A DNA stretch of 49,534 nucleotides. It comes from Catajapyx aquilonaris. Lineage: Eukaryota. Shown here in pieces: positions 1 through 11,604 of the stretch (the first letter of the stretch is position 1; each line of letters opens with the position of its first letter). The position numbers and the translations under genes were made by a program. The notes beneath the pieces are model-generated. The model made no database searches. It was given only the letters and a program-made list of their open reading frames with translations, and was not told the DNA's origin. The DNA is taken from assembly GCA_000934665.2 (NCBI GenBank), contig JYFJ02002920.1, forward strand, positions 1 through 49,534, written 5' to 3'.

Positions 1-603
1 AGGGAGCAGGTCCAGACCACGTGAGCGGCGTCCTGCCTCCCCTGTCCACACGGGCAGAGAGCCGCGTCCCCAGCATCGTCCTTCAACCGCCGGAAACGAC
101 GGAGACTGAAAGACTGGAAGAGTACATATCATGTCACTTTGATTACCTCAACCAGCGCCAACCTTGTCACACATAAGCACCTTGTTTGGTTTGTCTTTAT
201 AATAACGTCCCTCTATAATCATAATACATGTGTATCTAGGGGGCATATGGTATGATAATGTGCTAATAAAAATACACTGGATCGGTCTTCTGGAGTGATC
301 AGATCTCAGTTGCAGCCATGTAATAATTATGACACCTTTGTTTACATATTACGTGACGAGATGTAGCTCACAAAGATGAACTCGGATGAACCATAATGTC
401 ATTAAAACTCTGAGGACAGCATCATCTTCATAATGATATTGACATTACTGATGAGTGTGACCTCATCGCCAGGACCATCCAGCATCGATGATTACAACGA
501 GGATACAATTGTGAATAGCAGCGCTAAAGCATAACATATAAAAAGAACACTCATCATTTACCCTTCATGCTGGCCAAACTGAAAGGACACTCCTTGTCTG
601 CTT

Positions 604-664
604 GCAGGACAGTAAGTAATAGAGGCGCAATTTGAAAGAGGGGACTCACTAACTTTCATTTCAT
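604..664 (+). repeat. Dispersed repeat module a, copy 1 (copy 2 at ~3754-3818)
   Basis: gcaggacagtaagtaatagaggcgcaatttgaaagaggggactcactaactttcattt aligns with gcaggccaataagtaatagagaccgtttcaaagtgtgcactcactaactttcattt at 3754. Confidence 0.75.
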
Positions 665-2127
665 GTACCTGACACAGTTGTTGTTGAGTAGTTGACAGTT
701 GACTACGCTACCTGTGTGTATCCTGGTGTCTTAGTCTGGTGTGGAATTCAGTTGTTGTCCGAAGTATCAGCAGTAGAAAATTGCAGTCATACGAATAATG
801 TGAATGGACAATGAAGAACCTAAGCCACAATATATTCGTAAATACAATATAATTTGACTCTTTTGTCAGGAAATTCCACAAAGCACAAAATTAATAAGTA
901 TAGTCGAAAAATTGCAGCCTTCAACAAAGGGCCAAGAGAAAGGGATTTGATTATTGCCCTTCTTGGTCAAAGGATGGTACAAACGATAACATGGACCACC
1001 TGAAGTGTTATTTATATGAGCGTTTTAAGGAGAATCAGTACGTACGTTTCCTCAGGATCTGTCGCCAATAAAGCTGTATCAAACTATGGATAAACTAAAA
1101 CCAATCGCATCAGTCGGAAAAGACTTTGGAATGTAGGTAAATATTCAAGCCAGACTAACGACATGTATACTGTTCAAATGAATGCCCATATGAGGGACAT
1201 ATGAGAAATTTAAAAGACTTTATTCTTTGGAGCAGAAAAATATCATAAACTGAGGCATAGTTCATACCATGATACTGAAAGGTTAACCCAACAGTCTAAC
1301 ACTCCGGAATTCCAGAGAACGACAAACATTGTGCGACAGTGAACAAATAAATCTCAACTGGGCGGGGAGCAGGAAGAAAAGATTGACAATAAAACAATGC
1401 TATTGACCCATCCTTACCGTCAAGCCAAGAACTAAAAATTATCAACAGCTTACCCCAATAGATGTCATGTACCTCGCTGGACTGTGGGATACAAAAATAC
1501 ACACACAGACAAAAAACAGTCCAGTGCCTTCTCCCATCCATACATTTTTCATACTATTCTTCCCCCAGTCAACATAGAATTCGGGGAAATGACTAAGAAG
1601 AGCATGATGCGAGATGACAAAGAGAGCTAACGGCCGAAGGAACAATAAATGCACTTGAGAGTTCACATTGCATCTATAAACGATGGTAACAGCCATGAGA
1701 TCCATAAGAGCATAATTCCATTGGTTCAATCGGTTAGGGATTGAGGTCTGTGTACATATAACATTCAGTTGTGGTAACAAAATGTTACTTAATAATAACG
1801 CAATAAATTGCTTCATTAAAACCTGATATTTATGAATATTAATGGAAACCATTGATCAGTGCATGCCACTTAAAATACAAGCACCTGGCCATGTAACGCT
1901 GCTTCCCATTACACAAGCATGGGGGTTTATTATAACAGGTTTTGACTAGAAATGAATGTTACCAATAGTGTAGCCACCAAGAGAGGGTGACACCACAACA
2001 AAAGCTGATAAAAAAACCTCATTTCTCATCTGGTCCTTCTCCCCAAATGACAGACCTTCACCTTGGAGAGGACAATAAATGACTTCAAAGACCTCAACTG
2101 GTCAACGTGTAAAATGCAAGTCCAAAG

Positions 2128-2320
2128 CTTGCCTTACCTATGCATTCAGAAAATCAGGCTCAATTTATCATATCATTGGTGGCCCTTAAAATTACATGGA
2201 CACAATCGGAATCATTGAAAGTGAAAATGCAAGTAGTCACCTACGATAGACACATTAAATCCGTGGCCGATTGCTATAAATAAGCAGAGTAATAATAACT
2301 GTGCAAATGTCCTCAACTTT
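2128..2320 (+). repeat. Dispersed repeat module b, copy 1 (copy 2 at ~4499-4705)
   Basis: cttgccttacctatgcattcagaaaa[t/c]caggctcaattta ... tgctataaataagcagagtaataataa is present at both places in the same order. Confidence 0.85.
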
Positions 2321-2698
2321 ATTAAAAAGCAGCAATGTGTCCATATCCACATGATTGTGTCCATATCAGTGCAGTTGCCTCCAATTACAACCAGCTACTA
2401 TAGCTGTGTTCCAATTTGCTCAATGACACAATGCTTGACAAAGAGTTGTTTCAAACGCAAATATTTTGCACCACATTATTGTATCACAGGCATGTATCAT
2501 TGCAAAACAAATTCCAATGAGTGCAGTGCCAATAATAAACCGAACACCAACTGCAGGAAATGTAGAAGAATGTGACATAATATAGAACCTTACAGTGCCC
2601 GCAGTGGTTATATATTATTTTTTCCAGGCCAAGTAATTCAAACTACTGACATTAGATCAAATCATTTCCTTTTGACTTGTATTCCCCAGCGCAGTCAA

Positions 2699-3672
2699 TT
2701 GGTGGACAGTGTTGTTGTCCGCGCCTATTGGCCCAGTCATTTAATCTAACAGGCAAAGTTAACCAAATAGTTAATTAAAGTAACAATTAAAAAGTTACAT
2801 GAAAAAGTTAATTGAATTAACAATTAAAACGTTAAACTGGAATTTTTTATAACAGTTAAAAATTAAAAGTTAAAAAGTTAAAAAATTACCGTCTCCTCCA
2901 AGACGCTGTAGTACAAATAATGTAGGCCTACTGTACAAGTAAACATATTACAAGTTATAAGAAGTAAAGATACTGTAGACCTACAAGTAAAGACCCATTC
3001 CGAGACCAAGCAAGTTTATTCCGCACACGGCACACCCACGTGGCAAATAAAACACTATCAACTATGACTATCCAGTAATCCACTAATGTTCACCAGCAAT
3101 TCCAACCACATCACCACAATGTCCAGTGCCCACAAAAATGTTCCAAAACACCAAAAGACCAAAAATAACCCCAAATGACAAAAATGTATGAGCTCAAAAA
3201 GTTAGAATCTCATGGTGGACACCCTGTAAAAAGGCAGGTTCAGAAAGACTCTTGGATAGTGCAGCTACAATGAGAAATGCTCGGAATCTGTTCGAAGTGG
3301 TTCATCTGGTGATTCTGGTCACTCCTGCGTCCTGCCATCTCCAACCCCGTGCACTAGACAGCGACTCGAACCACTTTTTAACAGATTCCAAGCTTGGCAA
3401 GCTTTTTTCTTGACATTTTGGTGCGTTCAATGTCTTCCTGAACTGACCCAGTGACCTTAATAGTAATCAATGAAAATAGTAATAATCAAAAATATCGTTA
3501 ATTGTTTAATTATTTAATTGATTTACTCTGCCAAAAGCTGATCTTTTAACTTATTAAAATTTCCGAGAAAGTTAATTACTTAAAACTAATGAGTTAAAAA
3601 AATTAATAAGTTAGCTAAACGGTAATTGAATTAAATTAACTTTTTAACTTTTTAACTTATTATGCCCACCAT
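2699..3672. mobile_element. Putative non-autonomous DNA transposon (MITE-like) with AT-rich inverted subterminal arrays
   Basis: Left tggtggaca versus right tgcccacca (imperfect inverted pair); aaaagtta arrays at 2757-2885 are mirrored by taactttt arrays at ~3540-3660. Confidence 0.45.
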
Positions 3673-3753
3673 TACATACCGCCAAAGCAACACTTTAAAA
3701 ATCAACCACTCTGCAGCAACAATCAACACGCTTTCCCTATACAACACTGTCAT

Positions 3754-3818
3754 GCAGGCCAATAAGTAATAGAGACCGTTTCAAAGTGTGCACTCACTAA
3801 CTTTCATTTGATTGCATG
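3754..3818 (+). repeat. Dispersed repeat module a, copy 2
   Basis: Matches 604-664. Confidence 0.75.
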
Positions 3819-4498
3819 ACACACTGCCCCCGTTTTTGGGCAAGATCATCGGTCAATTAGTAACACCTACTTGCTCAATTACTGTGATTGAGAGGCTAAT
3901 TTTTCATGCATGTGGACGCTTGTGATTGATATCTAGATATTGCGCAAAAGTAGTGTTGGCCATGCTGAGTCAGGTCAACCGCTAAAGTGTGAAACCTATG
4001 ACGTTCAGCGACAGCATGGTAACCATTCACAACATGGAGTATGATACGCAGTCCATATTATTCCAGACTAAATTCCTGGTGTATTAGATTTCCAAATAGT
4101 GCAGTGCAACGAGAATGATGATGTCCCCTGCCCCAGGATACAACCCACAACACATGACGATGAAACAACAGATCAGATGGATCACCCCAAAAGAATTCAT
4201 AGAAGGCACCTTCGCTACACAATTCCAAACAAATTTAAACGACAACTTCTTTAAAGCCTGTCATTGATGGAAATTAACAGTATAAGCTATGGACAGAGCA
4301 TGCTACTCAAACAGAAAGCATAGGACCACGCAAAGTGTTTTAGTAAGAAATTGATGGTACCAACTGTGTGACCACCTAGGTTCAGTTACACCACAGCAAT
4401 CACAAACCTTGTCATCCCCAAATGTCACACATGCATCTTGGACAAGGCAAATAATTTCAAGGACACTTGTATAAGACCAGGGCAAAACTTTCCCGGGC

Positions 4499-4705
4499 CT
4501 TGCCTTACCTATGCATTCAGAAAACCAGGCTCAATTTAGATTTTTGAATATAACTGAATAGCCCTTACAATATTACGTGCACTCCACCAGAATAATTAAA
4601 AGTGAGATTACTAGCTAGCGTTATGGTGAAATCCATGGCCAATCATATCCTAATGACTGCTATAAATAAGCAGAGTAATAATAAGTGCACAAATGTCTTC
4701 AATAT
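4499..4705 (+). repeat. Dispersed repeat module b, copy 2
   Basis: Matches 2128-2320. Confidence 0.85.
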
Positions 4706-4890
4706 GTGTCAAGGTGTTTACCAACATTACTAGCGATATTAGAGGGGCCAGCCTGTAAAGAACTACACACAACAATCATCATATCCAACATTAATTTCGG
4801 AATGCCAATGAGATTGGGTACTTTTGGTACACTTTCGACAGCTGCTTGTGGGGCAAATATACCCAATGTTGAGTCTTCTTCGGATCACAT

Positions 4891-5170
4891 TGCCTCCAGG
4901 AAACTCTTCTGAGAGGCACACAGAAGGCATATATTCCAAACTATACTCTTCTTCGGGAGGACAACCATGACGGTGAAAGGGCGTGCAGTTGTGTGGCTCT
5001 TCTGGTCCGCCGCCAAACGCCCTTCACACGGGTGCCCCTCGCCACGCCTCTTCAGGCCGTGGCAGTTAGGGTCAACATCGGCACCCTGGTCACCGTCTGT
5101 TGCCTCTACCTCCCGCCTGGGAATGACGTCTCCTTGCAGGATCTGGACGGACTCGTTCAACACTGCTGCA
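4891..5170 (+). mobile_element. Non-LTR retrotransposon APE-type (EEP) endonuclease fragment
   Basis: One frame reads CLQETLLRG...NYTLLRED...CVALLVRRQ...TPLQAVAVRVNIGTLVTVCCLYLPP, with the CLQET, GVALLV-like and YLPP motifs of LINE endonucleases; truncated before GDFN. Confidence 0.85.
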
Positions 5171-6600
5171 TGCACACTTTTTATTTTGGTTTCCCTGGTT
5201 CATGGCCAAACCATATATGCTATTGCCAATATTGTGGCCTAGTTTTTGGTTTTTAATGTGGATCTGTAATTACTAATTATTACCATGGAAATTGTGTACT
5301 ATTTTGCAGTGGATTTGCCTCCCAGGTTGCAGCAACAGCTTCTCGGAAACAAGCAGGAAGAAAAACATGTGAGAACAAGAGACATGAACCAACCACATCC
5401 CAACAATATCCACCACGCTTGTATCAGGACAGCTTTTCCTTGCCCAGACCACATATATTTCTCACTTCCCACATACATATATGATATGCTGTCATTGAAA
5501 GACAAATTCCAATGAAAGAGGTGAAGGATAGAATAATCTGCCTAAAGTAAGCTACAGAATGTGGCAAGAATTATATCACAGTGTCATTGAAGAATTTGGG
5601 AAGAACTTACTCCTAAATACGACAAGCAGATAATGCTCATTGCAATTCAAAGGGAATAACGAAAATGGTATCCTGAAACGACATGACGGGCGGTACAGTA
5701 CAAATAAATTGACTAAGAAGCAAGCGAACAAGGGGATGGAGTCATTTGTAACAGGTGAACGCTTGGCTGCAAAGAGGACGAACAACCTGAAGACAACCAA
5801 GAACCGCCGGAAGGCACAAAAGTGGAAGTCTCTTTCCACATAGGAAAATGGCCAAATAGGCACCTTAAGGGCATATGCCCATTATGCAACAAACAAACAC
5901 CTTGGATAGTCAAAGTTGGAAATCCTCGCATACTTGCAGCAGGAGCATAAATTAATATCATGCAATACCGCATGAAACCTAGGATGAAGCCCATCAGAGA
6001 GAGATTAGGAAGGGTCATATTTGGCTTACATAATTATCCTATGGCAAGTACAATTTATTCAAAAATGCGCCTATTTTTCCCGCCATGTTCAGTTAACCAC
6101 ATTCATGTAAAGGCAACTATCAACAGTGGCATGTCACCAGTAGGAAAAAGTGACACAATTGCATAATGTGAGTCAATATAATCAAAGGCTAAAAATAATT
6201 ATATCCTCAAGGAATCTAACTTGCTTTTGACCAACACTGGCCATCACCATTACCCACAAGGCGTTTTTGTCTCCTGAAACTTCAGTCAGCAGGGGAGGGG
6301 AGGATGTGGTTACACGAAAGCCATGTAGCTCCTCCGTGACTTTTTCGGTATGATCACCGCACGTGAGTGTCAGGTGCTTTGAACTCCTACCTATGCCTAA
6401 GAGATCAGATGTGGATTTGCCACCTCACACAACTATAATTATTATTGAAACCTATTGACAAGGGTGTAATTGCAACCTTTTATCTTAAAGCCAAGTGACT
6501 CAAACATCCACACTTGGTGAGGCCGAGAGACGAGAGTGTAGCTTTAAGGTCATAGAGAGACAGTCCAACCAATAACTTCACATGGGAAACTGTTTCCTTA

Positions 6601-6786
6601 TTGTTTATAAATATGGGCATCTACGAGGACCTGCAGCCGGAGACTAATGCTTTTGATTGTGGTGTGTTTGTTATTGCATTTGTTAATGCTATTGCTAATG
6701 GTATCAATCCAACTTCTCTGGCGTTTGACATCCCACACATGACGCAACACCTCCACACAATTTTTGAATTACAAAGACTTCCGTGA
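6601..6786 (+). pseudogene. Ulp1/SENP-like (peptidase C48) catalytic C-terminal fragment
   Basis: QPETNAFDCGVFVIAF resembles the Q-x-N-x-x-D-C-G-V-F catalytic Cys motif; the upstream His/Asp part is absent. Confidence 0.7.
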
Positions 6787-6866
6787 CCATTGGTTGACCA
6801 AAAAAATCCAGGAGGCGATCAAATGCCATGACACCTACTGAAAGAATGCACAGATAGCTACCTAGG

Positions 6867-7094
6867 GAGACAGATGAGGAAAAAAATCTACAGAGACCGA
6901 GGCACATGCGTGAGAGAATGGCAAGGATTAGAAGTTTGGAGACGGGGGAAGAAAGAGAGGTGCGATTGAAAGGTACGCAGCATGAGAGAACTGCAAAGGC
7001 CAGAATGTTCCAGTCGGATCAGACCAGAAATGCAATGCTGGAAGTTGAGAGGAACAGACTTCACATAACACAGAATGTCAATAGAGCAGAATGA
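6867..7094 (+). pseudogene. STPR-like charged ~24-aa repeats, as in Helitron RepHel N-termini
   Basis: ETDEEKNLQRPRHMRERMARIRSL / ETGEEREVRLKGTQHERTAKARMF / QSDQTRNAMLEVERNRLH periodicity. Confidence 0.55.
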
Positions 7095-7750
7095 TTATTA
7101 CATTAGCCTATTTGTATTACATTATTTATTGTGTTTGATATTATTATTCATATCAGTTATTATTTATCATATTCTTTACTTCGGTTATTATTTATTATAC
7201 CAGTTATCAATTATCATACCAGTTCTTATTTATCAGTTCTTATTTATTATATCAGCTCTTATCAGTTCTTATTATATAAGTAACTTATATAATAAGAACT
7301 GATAATATATATAAGAGCAGGTATAATAATTGATAACTGTTATCAATTATTATACCTGCTCTTATATATATTATCAGTTATTATTTATTTTATCAGCTCA
7401 TGTTATTATATATTTTCAGCTCATATGTTATTATTTATTACATCAGTTCATATGTTATTATTTATTACATCAGTTCATATGTTATTATTACATCAGTTCA
7501 TATGTTATTATTTATTATATCAGCTCTTATGTTATTATATATTTTCAGCTCATATGATATTATTTATTATATCAGCTCTTATGTTATTATATATTTTCAG
7601 CTCATATGTTATTATTTATTATATCATTTATTATCAGTTATTATGTATTATATCAGCTCTTGTTATTTGCTGTTATTGGCTATTAGTTATTTATTAGTTA
7701 TTAGGCTAGATTATATTTATCATATTTATTATAACTTAGTATATTGTTAA
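7095..7750. repeat. AT-rich minisatellite (~22-25 bp unit, e.g. tcagttcatatgttattatttattaca)
   Basis: Tandem copies visible 7370-7660, degenerating outward; the overlapping ORFs are repeat translations. Confidence 0.9.
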
Positions 7751-7804
7751 CTGAAATAATTCTTGCCCCACCTGCGGCAAGGCATTCCGCCACTCTTCGG
7801 ATGT

Positions 7805-7860
7805 TAACACTTAACTGGTGACCTGGGGTCTTTCAACACCCCAGGTCACCATGAGTGTTA
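7805..7860. repeat. Inverted repeat/hairpin, possibly a collapsed TIR element
   Basis: Perfect 13-bp arms ggtgacctggggt (7817-7829) and accccaggtcacc (7838-7850); outer pair taacact/agtgtta. Confidence 0.8.
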
Positions 7861-7869
7861 GGATTTTCC

Positions 7870-8030
7870 AGGTCACTAGTTAACGACCACATGATGGAGA
7901 CCCACACTGGGGAGAAGCGATTTCAATGTACAGTACCGGTACGCAAGAAATTGTTCAGGAGTAGCAGTCACCTGGCTCAACACATGAAGACCTACACTAA
8001 TGAAAAATCGTACACGTGCGACATTTGCCA
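7870..8030 (+). pseudogene. Degenerate C2H2 (Kruppel-type) zinc-finger fragment ending at an A-run
   Basis: HMMETHTGEKRFQCTVPVRKKLFRSSSHLAQHMKTYTNEKSYTCDIC: TGEK linker, with some Cys/His ligands lost. Confidence 0.8.
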
Positions 8031-9114
8031 AAAAAAAAAAAAAAAGGCTTGGCAGAAACTCGACCCTGAAAAGGCACCAGAAAGTCCATGCCCGCTAACC
8101 CCTTGTCTTATGCCAATGTATGGCGTTCGTGAGATGACCGCAATTCGAACACCTATTGCTGCGCATCGGCTGCGCATACAATACCTGAGCCGCACTTTAG
8201 GGTGTCCCATGGCATGTGGAAGTATATACCAGTGGACACCCCAGAGGCAGGCCATCAGAGGCCGCTCTTAGCCGATGAGATGCGGGGCCACAGGGAGGTG
8301 CCACTGGCCCAGGGGCGGCCCGCCCCAGCCCCAACTTCCTTCCCTTCAAGCCAAAAAAAAAGAAGAAAAAAAATCTCCGCACAAAAAAAAGACAAGATGG
8401 CGCTGGCTTAGTGGGCATGCGCAGGGAAGTTCATGCTTCTCACCTATCGGAGAGCAGCATGAGTGTCGGCGCATGCGTGTTACGTTCCCAAGTCCCAGAC
8501 CTGGAATGTGTAAACTTTAATTCGTACGTGTCCGTCCGGGTACAGGCAAAACGAAAAATATCAGATCTGTACACTCGGTAACAAAATATATGCGACACCT
8601 GAACCTAAACTAACTATAATAAGCCCTAAAATTGGGGGTCATTCTAAGGTCAATACCTGGTCAACTACAACAGTGGGTAGCACATGCCATTTTTTTGAAT
8701 AAAACTACCGCTTCCATAATAATAATTTACAACTACTTTTGACGCCATCATATCTTAACACCAAAATAAATTAAGCTCCTATTGACCCCCACTTTTGGCG
8801 TCCATGAGAACGACATTCAAAAAATATAGAGTGGGTTGCAAAATACTTTTTGCACCACCTTGTTTGTTTGTTTGCCCTATCCATTCCATACCTATTTAAT
8901 TTAATACACATCAAATGGTTCGTTTCATCGTTTTGTACTGTGATTACATACCCATTTGTTGCATATATACCGTACTTGCAAATTACCCAGAATTTCCTCA
9001 GCATTAAAAAAATATTAAGTACGAACCTAAATTTAATGTTCTCTGTAAACGTTCGTTAACAACTTTTAAAAAAGTAAAAAAATCAGTAGAAAACACTGCT
9101 GCTGTAGTGTAAAA

Positions 9115-10696
9115 TCAGTAGTATGAGCGAGGAAACGGCAAGAAGACGTATCCCAGCAAGTAAACGAAGTAGAAAGGAGCCCTCAGGTAGGAAGTCATTG
9201 AGCGCATGGTACGTCGACTCCAGCTCTGGTTGATCCTAGCATCCTCAAGCTGGATCTGCAGGAGCTTGTTCTTCAGATCCTGCACTTCACACCTGCCAAT
9301 ATACACACAATGATAAGTTGAAGGATTCCAACAGAAGAATGATGGGTACCACATAATACTTGAGATGCTCCAATTTGGTCTTGAGCTCTTCAATCAGATC
9401 GTTCCTGTTGGAGACAATCTCCTTCAACTGCTCGACCTTCCTCTCCCTTTCGTCCGTTTCCTTGATCAAGTGATGTCGCTCATCCCTGCTTTTGTCCAGG
9501 ACCCTTCAAAAGACAACAAATTGACCATCAAGTAAAGGTGGAATCACTGTCCCCTTGAAACTATGGACAATATCACCCCAGACAGAGTACCTGGCTATCT
9601 CAGCGTTTTCAATCTGCAGGTGCTCGTACTTCCTCCTCATCTCCCTAAGGTCCCTCTCTCGATCCTCAACAGCGTTGCGGATCTCCTTCATGTCCATCTC
9701 CATCCTCTGGTTCTGCATGTGGAGTCGCTCCATGCTCCTCATCTTCTCCGACATCTGGTTGTCCAGATTGTCAGCCTGGAAGCAAAGGTATTATGTTCCA
9801 GCCATTGTCGTTACTGTGAAGGAAACTTTTACCTTCTCAAGAAGAAAGTTGCGCTCTTCGCGAAACTTCAGAAGCTTCTCCCTCTCTGCCTCCAACCTCT
9901 TCTCAAAGCTGTCCTTCTCGGAGCGAACGTGCTTCAGCTCGTTTTCAGCGTTCTTGGCCAGAGTTTGAGCCTCCTCGATGTACATCCTGCTGGTGCTGTT
10001 TTCCTTCCTGAGGGACAGTCGCTCCTGACAAAGAATCATGTAGTAAGTGTGTGCTCCGATTGAGATGCAGCAACAATGTTTACCTCTCTGAGGATGGACC
10101 TCTCCCTGCTTATCTCGGCAATGTCCTTCTGAAGGATGGAGATGTCCTTGGAGAGAGACATGGCCCTCTCCTTCTCAGAGGTCAACAAATGCTTGGTGGC
10201 CTTCAGTTGGATGGACAGGTTCTCCACCTGCCATGACACTCCCATAATTATAACCCGGATAATGATCTAATGTCCTATATGTGCGACAGGTGCAATATAT
10301 TGTTAGATTCATGATGCGCACTCGGTTGCGCTCGTAAAAAGTTCTATCTATATAGTGGACGTACAATTGACTGAACACTTATTGTTATTACTCGAGTAAT
10401 TGTTGGACAATTCAAACAGAACCTACCTGTGCGTGCAGTGCTTTGTTGTCCTTCCTGAACTGCTCCTGATCCTTCTTGATGGTCCTGTAGGAGTTGAGCA
10501 GCAAGGAGTGCTTGATCTTCCACGCCGCGTTCTCCCTCTTTCGCTTCATCTTACCATCAGAGGACGACGAGCTGGACAAGTCCATCCTGGACTGCTTCCT
10601 GGACGATCCTCCCTGGTCGTCCAGCGTCAGCGACAACTCATCGTCGCTCACCAGGATGTCCGGCCTCTCCTGTTCGATCTGGCTGTAGTCAGTCAT
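9115..10696 (-). CDS. Six-exon coiled-coil protein (~370 aa) with C-terminal hydrophobic tail
   Basis: Exons 10696-10427, 10227-10084, 10024-9833, 9775-9591, 9503-9360, 9292-9115. All introns are GT-AG (199, 59, 57, 87, 67 bp), phases 0,0,0,2,2, and splice to 1113 nt with no internal stop. E/K/R/L-rich heptads; ends LRAPFYFVYLLGYVFLPFPRSYY. An upstream exon cannot be excluded. Confidence 0.85.
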
Positions 10697-10974
10697 ATCA
10701 CCCAGCACGAGCACTCACTGTTTATTTAAGTCCCTTCTGTGTATATTGCCAGAGTGTAAACAGCACTAAAAAAAAGGCCGTTCGAACAGGTACGACACTG
10801 ATATAATACCTACGACGCCCAAGGCCTTTTCCGTCCTGTTTGTATTTTTGTAACCATGGTCTCGATTGTTTGAAAGTCGCGCCCGAATACTGTACAGGTG
10901 CGATACGATATGACGTCCCGGGGCCGCCCCGGGGCCGCCATGGAGCTAGCAGTCTTTGAAAAAAAAATCAATTA

Positions 10975-11528
10975 AGATTAATTAAACATTTTGGTTAATT
11001 ATTTTAAATCATTTACTTATGTTAATTAATTTGATTTTGATCACATTGATTTATTTATTTATTTTCTATTGAATTGAATTTTTATATCTTTTTAATTGAA
11101 TTTTAATGGTCATCTGAATTTTTAATTTTAATTGAATTTTAATTGAATTTTAATTGAATTTTAATGGTCATTTGAATTTTTAATTTTAATTGAATTTTAA
11201 TTGAATTTAATTCAATTTTAATTTCTTTTTAATTGAATTTTTAATTTTTATTTCTTTTTAATTGAATTTTTAATTTTAATTGAATTTTAATTTTAATTGG
11301 GTTTTAATGGTCATTTAAATTGTTAATTTTAATTGCATTTTAATTGAATTTTAATTTAACCTAGAATATTATTTTATTTTAAATTTAAATTAAATTAAAT
11401 TTTTATTTGATATCATTTTAATTTTGTTTAATTTTCAGGTTATTTTTGTTTAATCTTCATGTTAATTTTTATTTAATGTATTTTAATTTTATTTAATTTT
11501 TGTTGTTTCATTTTTATTTAACTTGTTT

Positions 11529-11530
<2 letters not shown>
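10975..11530. repeat. AT-rich low-complexity tandem array (ttttaattgaa-like unit)
   Basis: Repeated ttttaattgaa / ttttaatggtca units. Confidence 0.9.

Positions 11531-11531
<1 letters not shown>

Positions 11532-11603
<72 letters not shown>
11532..11603. repeat. (AAT)n microsatellite, possibly the tail of a minus-strand retroelement at 11604-11790
   Basis: About 24 perfect AAT units abutting a GC-rich segment. Confidence 0.9.

Positions 11604-11604
<1 letters not shown>

Noticed and set aside
5285..6166. Degenerate plus-strand coding region with CPLC motif
   Set aside because: Many stops and no recognisable family motif; cannot be supported as a gene
7075..7750. Several overlapping hydrophobic ORFs, and a possible CRISPR-like repeat array
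   Set aside because: They are translations of an AT-rich minisatellite; units are contiguous with no unique spacers, and the context is eukaryotic
9555..10729. Plus-strand ORFs over the coiled-coil gene
   Set aside because: Antisense shadows of GC-rich minus-strand exons; the splice signals support the minus strand
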